64,000 nucleotides of DNA from Pseudanabaena sp. (GTDB taxonomy: Bacteria; Cyanobacteriota; Cyanobacteriia; Pseudanabaenales; Pseudanabaenaceae), in NCBI GenBank assembly GCA_003249015.1, contig QBLS01000017.1, positions 12,951 through 76,950 on the forward strand. The letters are read 5' to 3'. Both the position numbers and the translations under genes were made by a program. This document shows positions 12,551 through 19,527 of the stretch, in pieces; within the stretch, counting starts at the first letter, position 1; each line of letters starts with the position of its first letter. The notes below the pieces were generated by a model, which was given only the letters and a program-made list of their open reading frames with translations, made no database searches and was not told the DNA's origin.

Positions 12551-13819
12551 ATGGTAACTTTACTAGCCCTAGTCAAGCCATATAATGTGGCTAACTATTT
12601 TCAAGAGATTAACTTGCGAAAGATATTCCATATTAGTGCGATGGTTTCGATATCGCTAATGCTTAGCAATTGCTCTACATCTAATTCTGCATCTACACCT
12701 GCACCTGCGATCGCTGATGTCACAGTTCAAGCAACATCAGTTAGTGATAATGGTCAAGATATCCCAGTTAATTTTCAGAAAGTTGAGGTTGTGAAGGGGC
12801 TAGAGCGACCTTGGGCTATGACTTGGCTCCCAGATCAGACTATGTTGATTACAGAACGGGTGGGTAGGGTACAAATGCTGCAAAATGGAAAATTGCAGCA
12901 GGTTCCACTTAATCTTCCTAATCTATTTGTATCGGGGCAGGCAGGGCTAATGGATATTGCCCTGCATCCTAAGTTTTCTGAAAATAAATTAGTCTACTTT
13001 ACCTATGCGTCAGGGGATGCTCAAGCTAATCGCACTAGCATTTTAAGAGCAAAATTTGATGGTAAATCTTTTAATGATCCAAAGGTGATTTTGGAAGTAA
13101 AACCAGACAAATCTGGCAATCAGCACTTCGGTTCACGGATTGCTTGGCTGCCTGATAACACGATGTTGATCGCGATCGGTGATGGTGGCAATCCTCCCTT
13201 AGAACTGGATGGGGAACTAATTCGCGTCCAAGCCCAAAAGCTAGATAGTCACCTCGGTAAAATCTTGCGAATCAATGATGATGGCTCTATTCCTAAGGAC
13301 AATCCTTTTGTAAATACTGCCAACGCTAATCCTGCGGTTTGGAGCTATGGACATCGTAATATTCAGGGGCTATTTGCCGATCGCAAATCTGGTCAAATCT
13401 GGGCGACAGAACATGGGGCGCGAGGCGGCGACGAGCTAAATTTGGTAGAAGCTGGAAAAAACTATGGATGGCCAGTTGTCAGCTATAGCCAAGAATACTT
13501 TGGTGGTGATGTCTCTAGTCTTAAAAATCGTGAGGATATTCCTGAGCCAAAGGTGGTTTGGACTCCAGCGATCGCACCTTCGGGGTTGATGGTGTACCAA
13601 GGCGATCGCTTCCCTAGTTGGCAGGGTAGTGTGTTTGCGGGAGGTCTAGTTTCCAGAGATGTGGTGCGGATTAAAGTCAAAAATAATCAAGCAAAGATTC
13701 ATGAGTCTATTCCTATTGGACAGAGAGTGAGGGATGTGCGTGAAGGGCTGGATGGATTAATTTATGTCTTGACTGATGAGCAGAATGGACAGCTAATCCG
13801 CATTGAGCCTCAAAAATAA
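12551..13819 (+). CDS. PQQ-dependent sugar (glucose/sorbosone) dehydrogenase family beta-propeller protein
   Basis: 422 aa. GSDH-family motifs (HFGSRIAW, YGHRNIQG, NYGWP). Probable lipoprotein signal (..SLMLSNC). The true start may be the internal TTG at 12614 or the ATG at 12641. Confidence 0.8.
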   Translation: MVTLLALVKPYNVANYFQEINLRKIFHISAMVSISLMLSNCSTSNSASTPAPAIADVTVQATSVSDNGQDIPVNFQKVEVVKGLERPWAMTWLPDQTMLITERVGRVQMLQNGKLQQVPLNLPNLFVSGQAGLMDIALHPKFSENKLVYFTYASGDAQANRTSILRAKFDGKSFNDPKVILEVKPDKSGNQHFGSRIAWLPDNTMLIAIGDGGNPPLELDGELIRVQAQKLDSHLGKILRINDDGSIPKDNPFVNTANANPAVWSYGHRNIQGLFADRKSGQIWATEHGARGGDELNLVEAGKNYGWPVVSYSQEYFGGDVSSLKNREDIPEPKVVWTPAIAPSGLMVYQGDRFPSWQGSVFAGGLVSRDVVRIKVKNNQAKIHESIPIGQRVRDVREGLDGLIYVLTDEQNGQLIRIEPQK

Positions 13820-13855
13820 TTGGGCTTCGACACTTCGACAAGTCTTACAGTGAGA

Positions 13856-14085
13856 TTATCGAACGGCTTGGTAAACCAAGATGCGAGTAGCGACTACACT
13901 TGTTGGAGCCATAACCAGAAGGCTACAAGTCTATCCATGTAAGGCTCCCGAATTTCCCATGTCAATTAATTCTCAATTAACAAGCTCATAACACTTCCCA
14001 TCTGTTAATGCCATTAGTTCGGTATCTGTCCAGATCTTTTTAGTTGTTGTTGCAGGTGAAAGTGCGATCGGGGATATATAAAACT
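13856..14085 (-). pseudogene. Decayed N-terminal fragment of a Uma2 family endonuclease gene
   Basis: Minus-strand frame reads ..KKIWTDTELMALTDGKCYELVN*ELIDMGNSGALHG*... It matches the Uma2 signature YEL[IV]NGE[LI]..[ML]...G..H seen in the intact copy at 3860-4438. In-frame stops at 13973-13975 and 13931-13933, no start codon, truncated after about 75 codons. Confidence 0.45.
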
Positions 14086-14133
14086 CCTGATTGCTTAGAC
14101 TGGGTTAATTAAATTTTGAGCGAATTTCGCTAG

Positions 14134-14481
14134 TCATAAAGGAAGATAGTAGATCTGTCCTTCCAATTCTCCTTCGAGACTACAATCCAAGATGAATAAA
14201 AGATCTTCAATTACTCGCCCAATAGGAGCATCAAAAGTGACTTCAATAACTCCTGTCATGGTTTGACTTGCTGCCATGCGCTCATAGGCATAGCGCGTTA
14301 TGGTAGCAACATCATGACTTAAAAGTACACGATTTTCTTGAGCTGCCCACTCTAGTACAGTTGGATCATCCTTTCCTGCTAAGCCAACATCTCGAACACG
14401 AACTATGTCAACATCTGGCTTACGGCGTAATAAACCTCTGATAATTGTGTTATCAAAGTTTTCATCAGCTAGAAACTTCAT
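14134..14481 (-). CDS. DUF5615 family PIN-like putative toxin
   Basis: 115 aa starting MKFLADENF, typical of DUF5615. 4-bp ATGA overlap with the upstream DUF433 gene. Confidence 0.7.
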   Translation of the reverse strand: MKFLADENFDNTIIRGLLRRKPDVDIVRVRDVGLAGKDDPTVLEWAAQENRVLLSHDVATITRYAYERMAASQTMTGVIEVTFDAPIGRVIEDLLFILDCSLEGELEGQIYYLPL

Positions 14482-14813
14482 GAAGCTTGCTCTACCTGAC
14501 GCGCAATTAATCTGTCGCGCAATCCTTGAGGATCAAATTTTGCCTCGTTCGTTTTGCGGATTGTTTGTGCTTGATTTTGCCTTTGATATAAATATGTTTC
14601 AACCTCTTGCTGATGATTGAGGTAAAAGCTAATGGTGGTATAAACATCGGCTAGTTTCAGGGATGGATAACGATAAACAATTTCTTCAGCCGTTGCCCCA
14701 TTCTGAAAAGTTTTGATGACTATATCGAGGGTGACACGGGTTTTGCCAACGCGCACTACGCCATCAATGTCGGTTTTGAGTGGAACTGGTTCAGCAGTAA
14801 CTACTAACGTCAT
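14478..14813 (-). CDS. DUF433 domain protein (putative antitoxin partner)
   Basis: 111 aa. DUF433-like pattern (GKTRVTLDIV...GATAEEI...YPSL). Translationally coupled to the DUF5615 gene. Confidence 0.7.
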   Translation of the reverse strand: MTLVVTAEPVPLKTDIDGVVRVGKTRVTLDIVIKTFQNGATAEEIVYRYPSLKLADVYTTISFYLNHQQEVETYLYQRQNQAQTIRKTNEAKFDPQGLRDRLIARQVEQAS

Positions 14814-14872
14814 AACTTTCTAAGACTTACTATTATTCATAATACTGGCAAGATTGCTATCAAGTAATTTAG

Positions 14873-14915
14873 CCTAATTTTTCTCAGAGGTCGCTACAAT
14901 GAATAGAAAATTAGG
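14873..14915. promoter_or_regulatory. Imperfect inverted repeat around a TACAAT box in the divergent TA/ptuA intergenic region
   Basis: cctaatttttct ... agaaaattagg flanks tacaat (14895-14900), about 36 bp upstream of the ptuA-like ATG. Confidence 0.3.
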
Positions 14916-14935
14916 TCTAGTGGTTTAAATCAGCT

Positions 14936-16255
14936 ATGCACATAGAAAAGTTGCGGATGCAAAACTTTAGAGGATTCAAAGATGTCACTATAGATTTTCC
15001 ATCAAATCTTGCGGTTTTTATCGGCGTGAACGGCTCTGGGAAATCAAGCATTATTGATTGTTTAGACAACTTATTGTTTGAGCTAATTCGTCCATTATTG
15101 CGCGTTACTAGAAATACAAAGAGTTCTAGCGCTTGGAGTATTATGGATAGCTTTGGGGAAAATGATATTTCTAATGGTTCTCTGGAAACTATCAATGAAT
15201 TAATATTTTCATATTCAGAATTTAGTCAAGAATTTTCTAGAGATATTAAGTTACTACATTGTTTTGCCTATCCTTCAAGCAGTGAAGAACCTCGACGTGA
15301 TTCTGAACGTAGCAAACTTGATGATGTCCAAACATTCAAACAATTTATCAACGATCAAATAAGTAGTATTCCTAATAAGAGTATTCCACTTATTGCTTGC
15401 TACTCTACAAAAAGAGCAGTTACATATTACAGGCTTTCAGGTGGAGATCCCTTGTCTCCAAATGTTGCTAAGCTATCGCAAGTTAATTGTTATACAGATG
15501 CTACAAATCAGTACAAGATTGATTTTGAAACATTTTTCTTGTGGTTTAAGCATAATGAAGACCTAGAACAGGAATTGAAATTAGATGGTGATCTAAATTA
15601 TCAGGACTATCAATTAAACCTAGTTAGAAAAGCAATTGTATCAATATTACCTGACTATACAGATCTCAAGGTAAGGCGATCGCGTATGCAGATTGTCCTA
15701 AAAAAGCAAGATCATGAACTAGTGCTTAATCAGCTTTCTGATGGGGAGAAAAACTTGTTGGTAATGGTTGCGGATATTGCGAGAAGATTGGCGATCGCAA
15801 ATCCAGATCCTGCAAAAAATGCATTAGAAGGCGAAGGAATTATTCTAATTGATGAAATAGAATTACATTTGCATCCTCAGTGGCAACGCGATATTATTCC
15901 ACGTTTAACAAGCACTTTCCCAAACTGTCAGTTTATTGTGACAACGCACTCCCCTCAAGTTCTTAGTAACGTAAAAAAAGAAAATGTATTTATTGTTGAA
16001 GACTTCCAAGTTTATCCTGCTGATGCTTGTACGTTTGGACGTGATAGCAACTCAATTTTGTCTGAATTAATGGGGGTTAGTGAAAGACCTATAGAAATTC
16101 AAAATAAACTAACAGAATGTTTATATAAAATTGATGATGGACAAATTGAAGAAGCCAAAGTATTAATTCGTGAATTGTCTGACTTACTAGGACATAATGA
16201 CTCGGAGATTGTTAAAGCAAATACTCTGATTAGTTTTCTATCTAAGGTGAAATGA
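14936..16255 (+). CDS. ptuA: ABC/SMC-type AAA ATPase, Septu PtuA-like
   Basis: 439 aa. Walker A GVNGSGKSS at the N-terminus, ABC signature LSDGEKN, Walker B IILIDEIELHLHP, H-loop TTHSP. 4-bp ATGA overlap with the downstream HNH gene. The gene symbol is tentative. Confidence 0.7.
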   Translation: MHIEKLRMQNFRGFKDVTIDFPSNLAVFIGVNGSGKSSIIDCLDNLLFELIRPLLRVTRNTKSSSAWSIMDSFGENDISNGSLETINELIFSYSEFSQEFSRDIKLLHCFAYPSSSEEPRRDSERSKLDDVQTFKQFINDQISSIPNKSIPLIACYSTKRAVTYYRLSGGDPLSPNVAKLSQVNCYTDATNQYKIDFETFFLWFKHNEDLEQELKLDGDLNYQDYQLNLVRKAIVSILPDYTDLKVRRSRMQIVLKKQDHELVLNQLSDGEKNLLVMVADIARRLAIANPDPAKNALEGEGIILIDEIELHLHPQWQRDIIPRLTSTFPNCQFIVTTHSPQVLSNVKKENVFIVEDFQVYPADACTFGRDSNSILSELMGVSERPIEIQNKLTECLYKIDDGQIEEAKVLIRELSDLLGHNDSEIVKANTLISFLSKVK

Positions 16256-16881
16256 AAAAGATCATCAAACAATCAGAGCCAAGATCTCTTGTAAAGCATA
16301 GGTCGCAAGCTAATGCTAACTATGACAACTATCCTGATAAAGATGATCTACGAAAATCATTACTAAAAGAGCAAGGATATATTTGTTGCTACTGTATGAG
16401 CCGCATCAAATTAGATGAGATGAAGATAGAACATTGGCAATCTCAAACTAAATACTCATCTCGACAACTTGACTACAAAAATTTGCTGGGTGCTTGTATG
16501 GGCAATCAAGGAGCGCGTCCTCAAAATCAACATTGTGACACTAGAAAAGGAGATAGTGAAATTACTATCAGTCCGATTGAGGGTGACAAAAATTGTGAAA
16601 ATCTAATCAAGTATCGTCCTGACGGTAAAATTTACTCCGATGATGTATCTATAAATCACGATTTGAATGAAACTTTAAATCTAAATCTTGGCTTTCTGAA
16701 GAAAAATCGCAAAGATGCCCTTGATGTCGTGATTCGGAAACTTGATGAGAAATTTTCAAACAAAACTTGGGCTAAAATCACCGTGCAAAGAGAAATAGAC
16801 AAGTTGAATACAAAAGACGAGAATGGATTTTACGATGCGTATTGCCAGTTTATAGTTTCATACCTGAAATCCAAGTTATAG
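16252..16881 (+). CDS. ptuB: HNH endonuclease, TIGR02646/PtuB-like
   Basis: 209 aa. CCYC...KIEHW...NLLGAC...HCDTRKG arrangement typical of the small HNH partner of PtuA-type ATPases. The gene symbol is tentative. Confidence 0.7.
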   Translation: MKKIIKQSEPRSLVKHRSQANANYDNYPDKDDLRKSLLKEQGYICCYCMSRIKLDEMKIEHWQSQTKYSSRQLDYKNLLGACMGNQGARPQNQHCDTRKGDSEITISPIEGDKNCENLIKYRPDGKIYSDDVSINHDLNETLNLNLGFLKKNRKDALDVVIRKLDEKFSNKTWAKITVQREIDKLNTKDENGFYDAYCQFIVSYLKSKL

Positions 16882-16931
16882 CGATCGCCGAAAAGCTATA
16901 ATCAACCGCAAGTCTATAAATTTTTGTAAAT

Positions 16932-17918
16932 ATGTCGTCTCCAACCCCTGACGTACCAGCGAGCGAGTCTCGCGATGCTCGTACCCGCCAAATGCTTGGA
17001 ATGAAAGGTGCGGACATTAAAGAAGCTTCGATCTGGAAGATTCGCTTGCAACTGATGAAACCGATTACATGGATACCCCTGATGTGGGGCGTACTCTGCG
17101 GCGCAGCCTCCTCTGGTGATTTTACATGGTCAATTGAAAACGTATTTCGATCGCTACTTTGTATGCTCATGTCAGGCCCCTTACTGACGGGCTATACCCA
17201 GACGATTAACGATTATTATGATCGCGAAATTGACGCAATTAATGAGCCATATCGTCCGATTCCATCGGGAGCGATTCCTCTCAATCAAGTCATTGCTCAG
17301 ATTTGGATTTTGTTGCTTGCTGGTATTGGTGTTGCGGTAATTCTGGATATCACGGCTGGTCATACGGATTTCATCATGACCAAACTAGCTATTGGCGGTT
17401 CATTGGTAGCCTATATCTACTCCGCGCCACCGTTGAAACTTAAGCAAAATGGTTGGCTCGGTAACTATGCTCTTGGGGCAAGCTATATTGCTCTACCTTG
17501 GTGGGCAGGTCACGCACTTTACGGCACTCTCAACTGGACAGTGGTCGTTGTGACATTGTTCTATAGTCTTGCAGGTTTAGGGATCGCCGTTGTCAATGAC
17601 TTTAAGAGTGTAGAAGGCGATCGCGAATTAGGATTGCAGTCTCTGCCCGTGATGTTTGGGGTGCAGAAAGCAGCTTTACTATCAGCAACAGCGATCGATG
17701 TTTTCCAGATTGGCATTGCTGTTTATTTGGTAACTGTGGGCGAACAACTACTGGCAAGTTTGATTGTGCTGTTAGTAATTCCGCAGATTACATTCCAAGA
17801 TATGTACTTCCTGCGCGATCCCCTTAAAAATGATGTCAAATATCAAGCTAGCGCCCAGCCTTTTTTGGTGATTGGGATGTTAGTTGCAGGGATTGCGATG
17901 GGGCACGCAGGTATCTAG
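16932..17918 (+). CDS. chlG: Chlorophyll a synthase
   Basis: 328 aa. UbiA prenyltransferase motif NDYYDREIDAINEP and full-length ChlG-like sequence. Confidence 0.93.
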   Translation: MSSPTPDVPASESRDARTRQMLGMKGADIKEASIWKIRLQLMKPITWIPLMWGVLCGAASSGDFTWSIENVFRSLLCMLMSGPLLTGYTQTINDYYDREIDAINEPYRPIPSGAIPLNQVIAQIWILLLAGIGVAVILDITAGHTDFIMTKLAIGGSLVAYIYSAPPLKLKQNGWLGNYALGASYIALPWWAGHALYGTLNWTVVVVTLFYSLAGLGIAVVNDFKSVEGDRELGLQSLPVMFGVQKAALLSATAIDVFQIGIAVYLVTVGEQLLASLIVLLVIPQITFQDMYFLRDPLKNDVKYQASAQPFLVIGMLVAGIAMGHAGI

Positions 17919-18033
17919 AAATACTCAATTTATAAAGTAGCTGCTACAGGGTGATTTAGGAGTAAATAATGTTGATTTATTATCAATTAACCATTTGCAT
18001 GGCATTCCTAAATTATCAATGACAAAATAAGGG

Positions 18034-18083
18034 CTTCGACTTGGCTCAGTCAACTTACACTGTGGCGTGAAGTCAAAGCCTCT
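18034..18083. repeat. Family E element (GGCTTCGACTT...AAGTCAAAGCC)
   Basis: Related to the perfect palindrome at 46592-46637 and to a fragment at 13823-13845. Confidence 0.55.
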
Positions 18084-18137
18084 CAATACTCATCTGGGAT
18101 TGCCATATACCCTTTCGCTAGGTTAAAACCCAAAGAG

Positions 18138-18174
18138 TTTTTGAAAAGAGCCGCTTTGCGGCTCCTTTCAAAAA
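18138..18174. repeat. Family F hairpin (TTTTTGAAAnGnGCCGC-TTTG-GCGGCnCnTTTCAAAAA)
   Basis: Near-identical architecture to 39803-39837. Confidence 0.65.
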
Positions 18175-18202
18175 CAAATCATGATCATTACTGTGTGTGT
18201 GT

Positions 18203-19453
18203 ATGCTCAACTATCAATTCCCAAAACAACGATCGCTAATTAATCTAGTAAGTTCTGCATTGGGAATCGTGCTGGTCTCCTGCTCAGGTGGCGCACCACC
18301 AGCGGGCGGATTTGGAGCTATTCCTGTGCCGATCGCGCCCGTTACATCAGGTAGTGTTGTAGACAGTTCCGATTATGTGGCTAATCTGCAATCTCGCCAG
18401 TCGGTCACACTGCAACCAAGAGTTGATGGTTATGTGCAAGAAATCTTTGTCAAAGCTGGCGATCGCGTCGAAGCTGGTACGCCAATTTTACGCATTGATC
18501 CCGCTAGGCAACAGGCAGTAGTCCAGCGATCAGTTGCGGCTGTAGCCTCATCGCAGGCGGATTTTGAAAGTGCTAGAGCAACCCTTGCCCAATTACGCGC
18601 TCGTAGAGAGTCGATTTTATCTAATGTAGATTTTAATCAAAAGGAATTTAATCGATTTACTCAACTAACTGCACAGGGTGCAACAGCGAGGCAGAGACTA
18701 GACGAAGTGGCGAATGCTCTTAGAAATGCTAGGGCTGAACTGGGGCAAATCGAGGCTCAAATCGCTGCACAGCAAGCCAGTATCAACAGTGCTGCTACTA
18801 GAATTGAAGAGTCACGCGCAGGTGCAATTCAAGAAGAAGTGCAACTTGACTTCTACACTGTCACGGCTCCTTTCGCGGGAATTGTGGGTGATATCCCAGT
18901 CAAGGTAGGAGATAATGTTAATAACAGTACAACTCTCACTACCGTAACTCAAAATCAAGTATTGGAAGTTCAAATATCTGTTCCCATTGAAAATGCACCA
19001 CGTTTAAGAATGGGAATGCCCGTTGAGCTATTGGATTCACAGGACAAACTGATCACTAGCGGCAAGGTTGCTTTTATCTCCCCAAATATCGATCCGCAGA
19101 CTCAATCAGTCTTAGTAAAAGCAGCCTTTAATAATGGAGCTAATCAACTCAAGGCAAATCAATTTGTGCGAACTAGATTGATTTGGGCTTCCCGTTCTGG
19201 AGTACTAGTCCCCACTTCGGCTATTTCTAGACTAGGTGGACAAGATTTTGTATTTGTAGCTGAAGAGAAGTCTACTGATGGCAAAACTCAGTTAATTGCC
19301 AATCAAAAGCCTGTAAAACTTGGCAAGATTAAAGGCAACCAGCAAGAAGTAATAGAAGGTTTGACTGCAAAAGATAGAATTGTAGTCGCAGGAATTTTGC
19401 AATTGCAGAATGGAGCTGCGATCGCGCCACTAACGGAAACACCCCAAAAGTAA
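18203..19453 (+). CDS. Efflux transporter periplasmic adaptor (HlyD/MFP family)
   Basis: Signal/lipobox-like N-terminus (LVSCSGG), coiled-coil middle region and beta-barrel C-terminus. I prefer the ATG at 18203 over the track's GTG at 18197. Confidence 0.8.
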   Translation: MLNYQFPKQRSLINLVSSALGIVLVSCSGGAPPAGGFGAIPVPIAPVTSGSVVDSSDYVANLQSRQSVTLQPRVDGYVQEIFVKAGDRVEAGTPILRIDPARQQAVVQRSVAAVASSQADFESARATLAQLRARRESILSNVDFNQKEFNRFTQLTAQGATARQRLDEVANALRNARAELGQIEAQIAAQQASINSAATRIEESRAGAIQEEVQLDFYTVTAPFAGIVGDIPVKVGDNVNNSTTLTTVTQNQVLEVQISVPIENAPRLRMGMPVELLDSQDKLITSGKVAFISPNIDPQTQSVLVKAAFNNGANQLKANQFVRTRLIWASRSGVLVPTSAISRLGGQDFVFVAEEKSTDGKTQLIANQKPVKLGKIKGNQQEVIEGLTAKDRIVVAGILQLQNGAAIAPLTETPQK

Positions 19454-19471
19454 TATCAAAATTTCGACAAG

Positions 19472-19520
19472 CTCAGAAATAGTAGTGGCGGCGCTTCGCG
19501 CCGCCACTACTATTTCTGAG
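19472..19520. terminator. 49-bp perfect palindrome between convergent genes (GGCGGCGC-TTC-GCGCCGCC core)
   Basis: ctcagaaatagtagtggcggcgc-ttc-gcgccgccactactatttctgag, located between the MFP and Slt stop codons. Confidence 0.5.
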
Positions 19521-19527
19521 CCATACT

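Noticed and set aside
13820-16931. A retron (RT + msr/msd) associated with the PtuA/PtuB-like pair
   Set aside because: No reverse-transcriptase-like ORF lies in or next to the islet, and I saw no long inverted repeats of msr/msd type.
18192-18202. (TG)5 microsatellite at the MFP gene start
   Set aside because: It is too short to be meaningful. It only creates an alternative GTG start upstream of the more plausible ATG at 18203.
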